Shown here piece after piece: positions 39,387-49,926 of a DNA stretch of 64,000 nucleotides (position 1 is its first letter; every line of letters begins with the position of its first letter). This DNA comes from a virus. The position numbers and the translations under genes were made by a program. The notes beneath the pieces are model-generated. The model was not told the DNA's origin. It saw nothing but the letters and a program-made list of their open reading frames with translations, and did no database searches. The stretch is from positions 32,001 through 96,000 of IMG/VR virus record IMGVR_UViG_3300046787_000390. One strand, given 5' to 3'.

Positions 39387-40442
39387 ATGGGCAAACCATT
39401 TGACGTAAGCAAATTTCGAAAAGAAATTACAAAAAGCATTGACGGCCTAAGCATTGGCTTCAACGATCCAACAGATTGGATCTCAACAGGCAACTTTGCC
39501 TTAAACTATTTGATCAGCGGCGACTGGAATCGCGGTATTCCACTAGGCAAAGTTACAGTATTTGCTGGCGACTCGGGCGCAGGCAAATCATACATTTGTT
39601 CTGGTAACATTATCAAGAACGCACAAGAGCAAGGCATCTTTGTTGTGCTAGTTGACTCCGAAAACGCTCTTGACGAAGACTGGCTCAAAGCACTTGGGGT
39701 TGATACTAGTGAAAGCAAGTTGCTAAAACTTAGCATGGCCATGATTGATGACGTGGCCAAAACAATCTCTACATTCATGAGTGACTACAAAGCATTACCG
39801 GACGGTGATCGTCCAAAGGTGTTGTTTGTTATTGACTCGTTAGGTATGTTGTTGACTCCGACCGACGTTAACCAGTTCGAAGCTGGTGACATGAAAGGTG
39901 ACTTGGGTCGCAAGCCTAAAGCACTTACTGCATTGGTTCGTAACTGTGTAAACATGTTTGGTGCATACGGCGTTGGTTTGGTTTGTACTAACCACACATA
40001 CGCAAGCCAAGACATGTTTGACCCAGACGACAAGATCTCCGGTGGGCAAGGCTTTATCTACGCTAGCTCAATTGTTGTTGCTATGAAGAAGATGAAGTTG
40101 AAAGAAGACGAAGACGGCAACAAAGTTTCTGATGTAAACGGTATTCGTGCCGGCTGTAAAGTTATGAAAACACGTTATGCCAAACCGTTTGAAGGCGTAC
40201 AAGTCAAGATTCCGTACACAACAGGTATGAGCCCATACTCTGGTCTTACTGACTTGATTGAAAAGAAGGGCTTGCTCAAGCGTGAGGGCAACAGCCTGGT
40301 GTTTACTACTTCAGATGGTGAGATTATCAAGAAGTTCCGCAAGGCTTGGGAAAAGAACGATGACGGTTGCCTCGATAAAGTAATGGCAGACTTTGGAAAT
40401 CAGAAGGAAGAGGTAAGTACCATTGAGGAGGATTCCGAATAA
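39387..40442 (+). CDS. uvsX: RecA-like recombinase
   Basis: AGDSGAGKS Walker A, DSENA, VIDSLG, NHTY, SGGQG..YASS. Confidence 0.92.
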   Translation: MGKPFDVSKFRKEITKSIDGLSIGFNDPTDWISTGNFALNYLISGDWNRGIPLGKVTVFAGDSGAGKSYICSGNIIKNAQEQGIFVVLVDSENALDEDWLKALGVDTSESKLLKLSMAMIDDVAKTISTFMSDYKALPDGDRPKVLFVIDSLGMLLTPTDVNQFEAGDMKGDLGRKPKALTALVRNCVNMFGAYGVGLVCTNHTYASQDMFDPDDKISGGQGFIYASSIVVAMKKMKLKEDEDGNKVSDVNGIRAGCKVMKTRYAKPFEGVQVKIPYTTGMSPYSGLTDLIEKKGLLKREGNSLVFTTSDGEIIKKFRKAWEKNDDGCLDKVMADFGNQKEEVSTIEEDSE

Positions 40443-40687
40443 TGGAACAATTATCAAGTGTAATTTGGGATGAACTAAAACGTTATATCAACGTAGTAGA
40501 TCGTGCTGAAGCAGCAGAGAATCTTGTTAGTGTATTAGTTGACAACGACTGCGATCCTGAAGAAATTAAATCAGCGTTTGCAGGAGACCTTCAGATTAAA
40601 AACGCACTAGCAGCATATATCAATGCCGACGAAGAAGAGTATGTTGACGATGATGAGGATGACACCGAATCTGAGTGGGAGGACTGA
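40442..40687 (+). CDS. hypothetical acidic protein
   Basis: 81-aa ORF between uvsX and uvsY. Confidence 0.6.
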   Translation: MEQLSSVIWDELKRYINVVDRAEAAENLVSVLVDNDCDPEEIKSAFAGDLQIKNALAAYINADEEEYVDDDEDDTESEWED

Positions 40688-41139
40688 TGTGGTATAGTCG
40701 TGTAGTCGCTGACTTAGGCGCCATTCCTGATTTTATTGCTCACTATGAGAAAGAAATAGTGTCAGCTAAAAACGAATGTCGCATTGGCGGCCTTGTTGAA
40801 AAAAACATCAAGGAACTACCGGGTACCACAGAGCATCGCTTTAATCAGCTTCAAGAAATTGAAGCTGTTTTAAACCTCTTAAACATACAGTTGCGTAAGA
40901 TTCGCCGTAAGCATTTTCAAAAGTACCTCGAAGGTTATGCTCGCGCACTGACAAGTCGGGATGCTGAAAAATATGTTGACGGCGAAGACGAAGTGATTGA
41001 CTTTGAAACAATTATTAACGAAGTGGCATTACTTCGTAATAAGTGGCTTGGAATTTTAAAAGGCTTAGAAACTAAGCAATGGCAAATGGGTCATATTGTA
41101 CGTTTACACACAGCCGGCATGGAAGACATCACAGTTTAA
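40687..41139 (+). CDS. uvsY: recombination mediator (UvsY-like)
   Basis: Helical; L..RDAEKYVDGE.E, K.L..KQWQ...IV.L..AG; downstream of uvsX. Confidence 0.75.
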   Translation: MWYSRVVADLGAIPDFIAHYEKEIVSAKNECRIGGLVEKNIKELPGTTEHRFNQLQEIEAVLNLLNIQLRKIRRKHFQKYLEGYARALTSRDAEKYVDGEDEVIDFETIINEVALLRNKWLGILKGLETKQWQMGHIVRLHTAGMEDITV

Positions 41140-41894
41140 TGTTTTTTAGAAACCCTGAAGAAAGTCATGCTCACAGTTTAGAAACATTAAACTGGTTATA
41201 CGAGCATGACGATTTCATGATGAGTGTGAGTACACTTATTGACATAGGCTGCGGCGCTGGCCTAGATTTAGAATGGTGGGCAACACGTACTACTCGAGAT
41301 GAAAACCCCGAGCCACTAAACATTAAATGTGTAGGCTTAGACTTAGTAAACACTCCGACAGTGGCTAAGCAGTACGCTAACATTACATATCAACGTAATG
41401 ACTTTGAAACACAAATACATACACCTAAAAAAGAAAAGTATGATGTACTATGGTGTCACGACAGTTTTCAGTATGCACTAAATCCACTCAGTACATTAAA
41501 ACTCTGGCATTCTGTGGCCGCACCTAATGCAATGCTAGCATTGATAGTTCCGCAGACAACAAACATTGAATACCGGAAACTATCATTTACGCAGCCATCT
41601 GGCTGCTACTATCATTACACCCTTGTTAATCTCATGCACATGTTAGCCGTTAGTGGTTGGGATTGCAATGCCGGATTCTTTAAGAAATCTGCTAACGATC
41701 CTTGGTTGCATGTTGTGGTATACAAAAGCGATCAAGAACCAATGGATCCAAAAACATCCTGGTACCAATTGGCAGACACTGGGCTGCTACCGAAGTCTGC
41801 AATGGATAGTATAAATCGATACGGGTTTATAAATCAAAACGACCTTGTATTGCCATGGCTAGATAAAAGTTTAACTTGGTATGGGCAGCAATGA
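41139..41894 (+). CDS. class I SAM-dependent methyltransferase
   Basis: IDIGCGAGLD motif I; YDVLWCHDSFQY. Confidence 0.8.
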   Translation: MFFRNPEESHAHSLETLNWLYEHDDFMMSVSTLIDIGCGAGLDLEWWATRTTRDENPEPLNIKCVGLDLVNTPTVAKQYANITYQRNDFETQIHTPKKEKYDVLWCHDSFQYALNPLSTLKLWHSVAAPNAMLALIVPQTTNIEYRKLSFTQPSGCYYHYTLVNLMHMLAVSGWDCNAGFFKKSANDPWLHVVVYKSDQEPMDPKTSWYQLADTGLLPKSAMDSINRYGFINQNDLVLPWLDKSLTWYGQQ

Positions 41895-42673
41895 AATACG
41901 CTTATGCTCGTGACATGCCAGGGGAGCATACTAAGTGGTCGCTTACTCCCTGGCTGAAAAAGGGTTTAAAGGTATTTGATACAGTTAGACAAATACCCGA
42001 CAGCTACATTTTAATTGCAAGTCATTATGCACCATGGTGGTCCCCGTTAAAAGAATACATTGCTGAACTCCGTCCTTACATTGAGATTGAATACGGATAC
42101 TGGGGACCAGATACTCCTCGACGAGAAACTCGTAGGGTAACTTATAATGGACATCATAATATGGACATGTGCCCAGTTCCATATAGCAGGGCACATTTGT
42201 TTCCTACTCCAACTCACAATACTTGGCGAACTACTCCAGGTGAGTATGTGTTGGCAATCCAGCCAGTTGAATCTGTACTCACTGAACGTACTGGCGAGAG
42301 TATGGAACAATTCAGACAGCGTATTACTAACTGTATTAGTCCCTATTGGAACGGACCTATCAAGTGGCGCAAAAAAACAGGCGCAAAGTTTGCTAGATTT
42401 GAGTCATTCCAAGAGCAAGTTGCTAACGCTTACGCAGTAGTCGGTGAGCGAACTATGGCATGTGTAGAGTCATGTTTACTGGGTGTTCCTGCATACACAG
42501 TAGACAAATCAATGACATCATTATTAATGGGTGATGTTAGTAATCTGGCTAACCCGCAACGCCCTGATCGTGCAGCATGGTGGGAACATATCTGTTGGAG
42601 TCAGTTTAACAGAGTAGAATTTAATACCACTGCTCCTGCAGATTTAGTAGAACAGTATCAAATTCACCGATAA
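41891..42673 (+). CDS. KpsS/KpsC-like (Capsule_synth-type) glycosyltransferase paralogue 1
   Basis: IEYGYW, AVV..R.MA.VES.L.GVP, R..W...I.WSQF. Confidence 0.55.
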   Translation: MKYAYARDMPGEHTKWSLTPWLKKGLKVFDTVRQIPDSYILIASHYAPWWSPLKEYIAELRPYIEIEYGYWGPDTPRRETRRVTYNGHHNMDMCPVPYSRAHLFPTPTHNTWRTTPGEYVLAIQPVESVLTERTGESMEQFRQRITNCISPYWNGPIKWRKKTGAKFARFESFQEQVANAYAVVGERTMACVESCLLGVPAYTVDKSMTSLLMGDVSNLANPQRPDRAAWWEHICWSQFNRVEFNTTAPADLVEQYQIHR

Positions 42674-42681
42674 ATATCGGC

Positions 42682-43437
42682 ATGAAGATTGTTATAGTTA
42701 CTGGGGGATTTGATCCCTTGCATTCTGGCCACCTGGCATATTTCAAAGCAGCAAAAGCACTAGGCGACAAATTAATTGTTGGCGTAAATTCTGATGAATG
42801 GTTGACCCGTAAAAAAGGTCGCCCGTTTATGCCAATGCACGAGAGAGTTGCATTAGTTAGTGCAATTGGGATAGTAGACGAAGTTGTTACTTATAATGAC
42901 GATGATGGATCTAGCTGTGATGCAATTCGTGTAGTTAAATCTCAATACCCAACTGCACACATTATCTTTGCCAACGGCGGAGATAGAACAAAAGAAAACA
43001 TTCCCGAGATGGTGTTTGATGATGTAGAATTTGCATTTGGGATTGGCGGTTTTAACAAAGCTAACTCTAGTTCATGGATTTTACAAGAATGGAAATCGCC
43101 CAAGACAGAACGTGCATGGGGCTATTATCGTGTGCTACATGAAGTAGGTTCTTGCACAAAATTAAAAGAACTCACGGTCGAGCCGGGCAAGAGCTTGAGT
43201 ATGCAACAGCATCATAAAAGAAGTGAATTCTGGTTTGTGGCCTCAGGAGAAGCAACAGTTTATACATTAGCTTCATCGGGTAAACAAAATCTAATAGGAA
43301 AATTTAGCAAGCATCAGAGTGTTTGGATTAGTAGAACACAATGGCACATGCTACAAAACGATACAGAGCAGCCATTGAAGCTGATCGAAATACAATATGG
43401 CGATCAATGTGTAGAAGAGGACATTGAACGAAAATGA
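42682..43437 (+). CDS. cytidylyltransferase (TagD/RfaE-like) fused to a type II mannose-6-phosphate isomerase-like cupin
   Basis: GGFDPLHSGH HIGH motif, NSDEWL..KKG, FANGGDR; ER.WG.Y, LSMQQH..RSEFW.V, IEIQYG...EEDI.R; late promoter at 42671. Confidence 0.85.
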   Translation: MKIVIVTGGFDPLHSGHLAYFKAAKALGDKLIVGVNSDEWLTRKKGRPFMPMHERVALVSAIGIVDEVVTYNDDDGSSCDAIRVVKSQYPTAHIIFANGGDRTKENIPEMVFDDVEFAFGIGGFNKANSSSWILQEWKSPKTERAWGYYRVLHEVGSCTKLKELTVEPGKSLSMQQHHKRSEFWFVASGEATVYTLASSGKQNLIGKFSKHQSVWISRTQWHMLQNDTEQPLKLIEIQYGDQCVEEDIERK

Positions 43438-44126
43438 AACCAATCCCAATTTTTATCGGATACGATCCAAGAGAAGCAGTGGCGTATCATACATGCGCTA
43501 ACTCAATCATTAGACATGCATCAAAACCTGTTGCTATTATTCCCCTAGCACTTAACTTGTTTGAAGATTACAAAGAAACACACACTGACGGTAGCAATCA
43601 GTTTATCTATAGTCGTTTCCTTGTACCTCACTTGATGGAATACACAGGCAAAGCAATCTTTATCGACGGCGACATGATTGTAAGAGATGACATTGTAAAG
43701 CTATGGAATCTAACCGAAGGCCAAACTCACTGGGACGTTGCAGTAGTTAAACATGATTACAAGACTCGAATGACTGAAAAGTATCTTGGGTCAAAGAATG
43801 AAAACTACCCACGCAAGAACTGGTCGAGTGTTATTGTTTGGAACTGCTACACACACCCTAATCGCAAGTTAACACCTGAGTTTATTGAAAAATCTACAGG
43901 TGCAGAACTGCATCGTTTTACCTGGATCGACGATGATAGAATTATTGAGTTACCGATAGAGTGGAACTGGTTGCCTGATGAATTTGGGCCAAATTTAGAT
44001 GCCAAGTTATTGCATTACACATTGGGCACGCCGTGCTTTCATGAGTTTGCTGATACTCCGCAAGGCGACGAGTGGCATCGCGAACACATGCTTGCAGACT
44101 ATTGTGTACAGAGATCTACGTCATGA
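43434..44126 (+). CDS. GT-A (GT8-like) glycosyltransferase
   Basis: IFIGYDPRE, F..SRFLVP, FIDGDM, YPRKNWSS, WNWL, LHYT.G.P. Confidence 0.85.
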   Translation: MKPIPIFIGYDPREAVAYHTCANSIIRHASKPVAIIPLALNLFEDYKETHTDGSNQFIYSRFLVPHLMEYTGKAIFIDGDMIVRDDIVKLWNLTEGQTHWDVAVVKHDYKTRMTEKYLGSKNENYPRKNWSSVIVWNCYTHPNRKLTPEFIEKSTGAELHRFTWIDDDRIIELPIEWNWLPDEFGPNLDAKLLHYTLGTPCFHEFADTPQGDEWHREHMLADYCVQRSTS

Positions 44127-44917
44127 CAGTTCATTGTATTGATCGCAAAGGTAATAACATGGAGGTCAAAGACCGCCAATCTGCATTTACTCATAGATTT
44201 GCTCAGGGATGCAACGGAATTAACACAAGTCTTCAGTCAGCAATGCTAGCCCCACTGAGTGAACCGTGGTGTATCAGAGGAATGAAATTTGCCGCAGCAG
44301 TACAACAGTGTTGGGAAAACGGCAGAACATTCTATTACATTGACAATGGTTATTTTGGTAATGTAACAGGAAAGAAGTGGTTTAGAATTATTAAAAATCA
44401 CAGCCACGATATACGATCTATTATTGCTAGAGATCGCAAAAGACTTGACCAATGCACAATAACATTGAAACCTGTGACTAAAGGTAAGACCATACTGATT
44501 GCCCCGCCTAGTCTGAAAAGTCTAAGTCTATGGAACATGGATCCTGAACAATGGGTAAGCGAAACAATAGCAGAAATTAAAAAACACACAGATCGTCCAA
44601 TTGAAATTAGATTAAAACGCCCCAGAACTGACCGTCTCAAAGAAGATACAATGGAAGAAGCACTGGATAGAAATGTTCATTGCTTAGTAACATATAATAG
44701 TGTGGCAGCAGTAGAAGCAGTGATGCTTGGCAAGCCCGCTATTTGTCTTGGTCCTAATGCAGCCGGTGTAGTAAGTTCAACTTCACTAAGTGAAATTGAG
44801 AATCCAAAATATCCCGATGCCGATCTAAGAGAAGCTTGGTTGAGACATTTGAGTTATAGTCAATTTACATTCGACGAAATGAGCAACGGAACAGCCTGGG
44901 GAATACTCAATGGCTAA
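44123..44917 (+). CDS. KpsS/KpsC-like glycosyltransferase paralogue 2
   Basis: YYIDNGYF, TDRPI.IR, TYNS.AAVEAV..G.P, WL..LSYSQFT. Confidence 0.6.
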   Translation: MTVHCIDRKGNNMEVKDRQSAFTHRFAQGCNGINTSLQSAMLAPLSEPWCIRGMKFAAAVQQCWENGRTFYYIDNGYFGNVTGKKWFRIIKNHSHDIRSIIARDRKRLDQCTITLKPVTKGKTILIAPPSLKSLSLWNMDPEQWVSETIAEIKKHTDRPIEIRLKRPRTDRLKEDTMEEALDRNVHCLVTYNSVAAVEAVMLGKPAICLGPNAAGVVSSTSLSEIENPKYPDADLREAWLRHLSYSQFTFDEMSNGTAWGILNG

Positions 44918-45704
44918 TAATCCTACAATGTTAGGATATGCCAAGAAGGACAAATGGGTCGGATCGTTTGTTGAACATTTAGGCGGGCGCATGGCCACAA
45001 TGGAAGAAATATATGCCAACAGCACAATTCCAATGGCATTTTCTGGTATTAGTAAATCTGCTGCCAAGACCCAAGCTGAAAAACATAATTTAGATTACTG
45101 GTATATTGATACAGGATATCTAGGTAATGGCAGATTTAAAACTTGGTTTAGAATTACTAAAAATGGATTCCAAGTAACTGCACCTATACAAGAAAAACCC
45201 AATGATAGATTAACTAAACTAAGGATCAATAGAAAGCAAATTCGTCGCGGCAGTAAAATAATGGTTGTTCCTATTGATCCCAAGGTTGCAAGTGGCTATC
45301 AAATATCAGACCCCGACACTTGGCTACATCAAACCATTGCTACAATTAAAACTTACACAGACAGGGAAATTGTTGTTCGTCACCGTCCTGCCAGTAGAGA
45401 AGTTCGTGTTACTACAGATACTTTTGTAGATGCATTACACCAGGATATTAGTGCAGTAGTAACTTGGGCAAGCAACTGCGGAGTAGAAGCAGTGCAGCAT
45501 GGTATTCCTGTTGTTAGCTTAGGACCTAGTGCATGTATCCAAGTCAGTGGAAAGATAGAACAGATAGACGATCTGCCGGCGTTGGACTTGGATCGCAGCG
45601 AGGCCTGGTTACGTTGGCTAAGTTACAATCAGTTTACGCAACTAGAAATCGAAACTGGTATCGCCTGGAATATATTACAAGAAAATTATGAACGTATTAA
45701 TTAA
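44910..45704 (+). CDS. KpsS/KpsC-like glycosyltransferase paralogue 3
   Basis: YIDTGYL, TDREI.VRHRP, S..GVEAV..GIP, WL..LSYNQFT. Confidence 0.6.
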   Translation: MANNPTMLGYAKKDKWVGSFVEHLGGRMATMEEIYANSTIPMAFSGISKSAAKTQAEKHNLDYWYIDTGYLGNGRFKTWFRITKNGFQVTAPIQEKPNDRLTKLRINRKQIRRGSKIMVVPIDPKVASGYQISDPDTWLHQTIATIKTYTDREIVVRHRPASREVRVTTDTFVDALHQDISAVVTWASNCGVEAVQHGIPVVSLGPSACIQVSGKIEQIDDLPALDLDRSEAWLRWLSYNQFTQLEIETGIAWNILQENYERIN

Positions 45705-46776
45705 TGCCGACGAATGGATGGCCCCGTGGCACAAGCAGTTTGTCATTGAATATTTAAAACAACAACCATGGGAAGTTAACTGGTTTGAAACTAACAAGTA
45801 TATTCGTGACTGCAAACAAGAATATAAAAACTCAGGGTTGATAACAGTTGATTTTAATCGTGTAAATTATTTGTTAAAGCAAGATCTTGCAGAATTTAGA
45901 AACGACATAAACACTGCGTACAAGAAAACATTCCAAACACAAAAAGCAACTACTATAGATAGAATTTCTCAACTTGGATTGAGCAATCATGAGATTATTA
46001 CTACCTACCTTGATAACAAAGAACCCGGCTTTGCTAAATCACTAGCATATCAGTTGAGCAGCACAGTGAAGTGGATAATAGATTCCAAGGACGCAGAAAG
46101 CAATCGGCCGTTCTTTATTAGAAACACACTTAACAACGAAGACCTTCTTAAAAAATGTTTAGAGGAACAAACAAAATTTTGGTTTGTTGATACAGGGTAC
46201 ACAAACTTTCTCGAAGATAAAAACAAAAAGTGGCACAGACTAGTGAAAGATCATATTCACCACGGCGCTCAAACAAAGAACTTTCCAACTGATCGCTTGG
46301 ACTTATTTCCTAAACTGCCAAAGGGCTGGCGAAGAAAAGGATCCACTATACTTGTAATAGAAGGTAGCCCCACACATTATCAAATGAGGGGCACTACACT
46401 AGAAGCATGGCGGGAACATATCACACAGGAAATCCGCAAGTATAGCGATCGAGAAATTGAGTTCCGTCCCAAGGAACTTAGTCGAAAGAATCGTGTGTCA
46501 GTTTACGAAACACTACGAGGAACTAAAGAGTATTATTGTGTTGTGAGCGATTCGAGTGCCGCAGCAGTTGAAGCCATTTGGACAGGTACTCCGGTTATCA
46601 CATTAGAACGACATATTACTAATTCTGTGTCTAGAAATACGCTAGCAGACATTGACAATTTGTTTCGGTCAGATATAGAACGCTGGCTAACAATGTTGTC
46701 TTATAGTCAATACACGTTTGATGAGTTATGCAACGGTACAGCAGTTGGAATAGTCAAGGAGTATTTTGATGCATGA
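45688..46776 (+). CDS. KpsS/KpsC-like glycosyltransferase paralogue 4 with N-terminal extension
   Basis: FVDTGYT, SDREI.FRPK, SS.AAVEAI..GTP, WL..LSYSQYT. Confidence 0.6.
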   Translation: MNVLINADEWMAPWHKQFVIEYLKQQPWEVNWFETNKYIRDCKQEYKNSGLITVDFNRVNYLLKQDLAEFRNDINTAYKKTFQTQKATTIDRISQLGLSNHEIITTYLDNKEPGFAKSLAYQLSSTVKWIIDSKDAESNRPFFIRNTLNNEDLLKKCLEEQTKFWFVDTGYTNFLEDKNKKWHRLVKDHIHHGAQTKNFPTDRLDLFPKLPKGWRRKGSTILVIEGSPTHYQMRGTTLEAWREHITQEIRKYSDREIEFRPKELSRKNRVSVYETLRGTKEYYCVVSDSSAAAVEAIWTGTPVITLERHITNSVSRNTLADIDNLFRSDIERWLTMLSYSQYTFDELCNGTAVGIVKEYFDA

Positions 46777-47656
46777 CGTAGTTGTTTACCTTAGCAGCTT
46801 GCCACGCATTGCTGATCGTGATCGCAAAGTAGAAGTGTTAAAAGCATTTGCTAACGGGGGTAATCACTTGGGATTAAAAACTTTGCTACAAGATAGAACA
46901 CAAGTTGTGCCTGCTAGGTTGGGCGTTATATTAGGATGGGTTGGCCAAAGTATCAAAGGACCGCACATACAGTTGCGCAAGGATGTTATTAACACACAAA
47001 AGGTAATGAGCATTGACGGTAGTTGTTTCAAGTTTGCAGATCCAACAAGTATTTTTCTGCGTTATAGTTTAGATGGCGTGTATTACAATACAAACGAATA
47101 CGCAAACAAGAACAGCAGTCCGGATAAATGGAATCAGGTAAAGCAACGTTTAAATCTTGAACTGAAGCCTTGGCGTAGCAACGGTAATCATATACTGGTA
47201 TGCGGGCAACGCGATGGCGGCTGGTCAATGAAAGGCGTTGACATGAACCAATGGGTACTAGAAACAGTTCAACAGATTAGAAAAGCTACTGACAGGCCTA
47301 TTGTAGTACGAGCACACCCAAAGAACCCAGTTAATGCCAAGTTGTTTAGACAATTTGTTAACGTTCAGATGAGTACCAATCAATCACTACAGCAAGATTT
47401 GTCTAATGCCTGGGCTAGTGTGTTTTTTAATAGCTCAAGTTGTGTAGCTAGTGTGTTATTGGGCGTTCCTGTGTTTGCAACAGACTCTGATTGTGTTGCT
47501 TGGCAGATAGCAACCCAGGATATAACACAAATAGAAAAGCCACTGACTCCTGTTAGGGAACAATGGCTTTGGGATTTATCAGCAGCCCACTGGACTGACG
47601 AAGAAAGCAGAGCTGGGTTAATTTACAACAAGTTTAAACTGTTGTTACCAACCTAA
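46769..47656 (+). CDS. KpsS/KpsC-like glycosyltransferase paralogue 5
   Basis: ILVCGQR..G.S, TDRPIVVRAHP, FNSSS.VAS.L.GVP, R.QWL..L...HWT..E. Confidence 0.65.
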   Translation: MHDVVVYLSSLPRIADRDRKVEVLKAFANGGNHLGLKTLLQDRTQVVPARLGVILGWVGQSIKGPHIQLRKDVINTQKVMSIDGSCFKFADPTSIFLRYSLDGVYYNTNEYANKNSSPDKWNQVKQRLNLELKPWRSNGNHILVCGQRDGGWSMKGVDMNQWVLETVQQIRKATDRPIVVRAHPKNPVNAKLFRQFVNVQMSTNQSLQQDLSNAWASVFFNSSSCVASVLLGVPVFATDSDCVAWQIATQDITQIEKPLTPVREQWLWDLSAAHWTDEESRAGLIYNKFKLLLPT

Positions 47657-48289
47657 CACGTAGTCATTCTTAACTGACGTTAAGATCTTTGCGCCCCAAC
47701 TTACTAATGTATCTAGAGCTTGCGCAGTGTCAGTATGTCCCACGTCCTTGTGCTTTTTGTGTTCTACAACCATGATAGGTTTATACTTTAAGATTGTTTC
47801 TTTAGCGCCACGCAGGATAGTATTTTCGTAACCTTCACAGTCAATCTTGATGTAATTAATTTGTGGTAAATTCAACCCGTCTAATCTATACATTGGGATA
47901 GAGCCTGCGCCAATACTTGAAGTATCAACGTGACTGTGTCCTGTATTTTCAGCAGTGATAATCATGTTAATTTGCGTATCACTTTCTCCTAATGCACAAG
48001 CACGAACTTCAAAGTTAGATGCAACTACATTTTTAAGCAAACAATCTCTAAAGTCTGCAACTGGTTCAAACGCAATCACTTGATCAAATGATTCGCATAG
48101 ATCCTTGCTCCAGAGCCCAACGTTGGCGCCAATATCTAGTGCAAGTCCTTTACGATCGCAAAGCCCTATGCTAATTTTACGAACAGGTTCTTGATAAACT
48201 GGGCCACCGCCCTTTTTAATATTCTTTTCTAACATTCCTGCGAAATGTGTGTCTTGGTCCGGGAACCACCATCCATGTGCTTGATACAT
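47645..48289 (-). CDS. FkbM-family methyltransferase
   Basis: LDIGANVGLWS, AFEP, IKIDCEGYE..IL.GA..TI...KP...VE. Confidence 0.9.
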   Translation of the reverse strand: MYQAHGWWFPDQDTHFAGMLEKNIKKGGGPVYQEPVRKISIGLCDRKGLALDIGANVGLWSKDLCESFDQVIAFEPVADFRDCLLKNVVASNFEVRACALGESDTQINMIITAENTGHSHVDTSSIGAGSIPMYRLDGLNLPQINYIKIDCEGYENTILRGAKETILKYKPIMVVEHKKHKDVGHTDTAQALDTLVSWGAKILTSVKNDYVLGW

Positions 48290-49113
48290 TATTTGCGTCC
48301 TTTGCTTAATACTTTTTGCCAGTACGGGTGGTCTTGATGTAGAACAACTTCTTTTGGCTTTGAATGACCTTGCACTTTGCGATCACCTTTAACATGATCC
48401 ATATACTTGCCTAACTCTGAATTAATAAACGGATGCCCTGCAAGTCCTTTGTCTTCCCAGCTAGGATTTAAGTTATGGAACTTGCATCGGCTTTGAATTT
48501 GTTTTCTTAACACATCAAAAATATAGCTATCGTGCCATTCACGTTCTTGAAAAATTGCATCGTTGTTATACATGTTTACAAAGTCACGAATGAACTGTCT
48601 ACATTCAGGCGAATCTAAATTGTAAGCGACCCAGCCGCACTCTGAATGATATTTTTCTCCACGGCCTAAAAAGCTGACCATAGTGTTTGAAGGACAAACT
48701 GTGCCTAGTGCTTGCATGGTCACTGGGGTATGTGTAACTGAATCGGCATCAATCCATATCATCCATCCAGAATCAATCATGTCTGCTGCTACAGACTTAG
48801 CAAATACTTTGTAGCAAAAACGAACAGCGTCCCAGCGGAATTGCTTTTTAGGATTAAACACATCGGGTGGTCCTGCCTTGCCGTGCGCGAGAGGATTGTC
48901 CTTGTGGCGCTCAACAAATGCTCGAAGATCTGGGCTAGCAGCTAATATATCAACAACCTTTGTGTTTGGTCTTGTGGTTCGGGGTGTGCAGTTTTCTGCT
49001 AGCACAATTAAGTCGACTTCTGCTGGCCAGAATTGCTCGAATGTGTCAATCATGCGTTGGCCATATTGTTCTAACCCGGCCTGGTGAAATGTGGTAATTA
49101 CTGTATATTTCAT
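48289..49113 (-). CDS. GT-A glycosyltransferase-like protein
   Basis: A.RF..KVFA, WIDAD, ECGWV, EWHDSYIFD, H.KG.RK; late promoter at 49120-49125 (minus strand). Confidence 0.7.
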   Translation of the reverse strand: MKYTVITTFHQAGLEQYGQRMIDTFEQFWPAEVDLIVLAENCTPRTTRPNTKVVDILAASPDLRAFVERHKDNPLAHGKAGPPDVFNPKKQFRWDAVRFCYKVFAKSVAADMIDSGWMIWIDADSVTHTPVTMQALGTVCPSNTMVSFLGRGEKYHSECGWVAYNLDSPECRQFIRDFVNMYNNDAIFQEREWHDSYIFDVLRKQIQSRCKFHNLNPSWEDKGLAGHPFINSELGKYMDHVKGDRKVQGHSKPKEVVLHQDHPYWQKVLSKGRK

Positions 49114-49128
49114 GTGAGATATTTAGTA

Positions 49129-49926
49129 ATGAAAACAGTGACCTATTTTCCTTTGCAGTGTGCCCTAAACTCAGGGCCTGTTATTTCTGCGGTTATGGAA
49201 TCCTTGCAACACGCCGGATTCCAAATTGAGACCAGCAGTTACGATGCCGATGTGGCGGTAATCTGGTCAGTGCTTTGGAATGGTCGCATGATTGCCAATC
49301 GAGATGTATATCAGTATTACCGCAGCAAAGGACGTCCTGTTGTGTGTATCGAAGTTGGTGCGCTAGATCGAGGACGTACCTGGAAGCTAGCACTCAATCA
49401 TGTTAACGCATTGGGTTACTATGGGCATCAAACTAATTTAGATTTTGATCGTCCCAAAAAATTAGGAATTTCGTTAAAAACTAACTCACTTGGGCACAAT
49501 AGGATTCTTGTAGCAGGGCAACACAATCGTAGTTTGCAACTGGAAGGAGTGGATCAAGAAGCCTGGTATGTGCAAAAAATAAATGAAGTTGCTGCTGGCA
49601 AACAAGTTGTAGTAAGACCACATCCTAGGTGCCCGATGGACCGTACCCGTTTTCCAAAAAATGTTGTATGGGAACAACCACGTAAGCTAGCAGACACATA
49701 TGATAGCTTTGATATGCACTGGGACTTTGATGCAGTCATAAATTATAATTCAGGGCCGGGAATACAAGCAACAATTGCAGGTGTGCTAGCAGTTGTCGAC
49801 ACTTCTAGCTTGGCATACAATGTAGTAGATAGAGAGCAGTGGTTAATTGAAATATGCCACACTGAATACACACTAGAAGAAATAGGACAAGGAACATGGG
49901 TAAGAAGGATAGGCTTAGAGCCTTAG
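49129..49926 (+). CDS. KpsS/KpsC-like glycosyltransferase paralogue 6
   Basis: IEVGAL.R, LVAGQ...SL, VVRPHP, NYNSGPGI.A.I.G, REQWL..I.HTEYT.EEI..G. Confidence 0.6.
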   Translation: MKTVTYFPLQCALNSGPVISAVMESLQHAGFQIETSSYDADVAVIWSVLWNGRMIANRDVYQYYRSKGRPVVCIEVGALDRGRTWKLALNHVNALGYYGHQTNLDFDRPKKLGISLKTNSLGHNRILVAGQHNRSLQLEGVDQEAWYVQKINEVAAGKQVVVRPHPRCPMDRTRFPKNVVWEQPRKLADTYDSFDMHWDFDAVINYNSGPGIQATIAGVLAVVDTSSLAYNVVDREQWLIEICHTEYTLEEIGQGTWVRRIGLEP

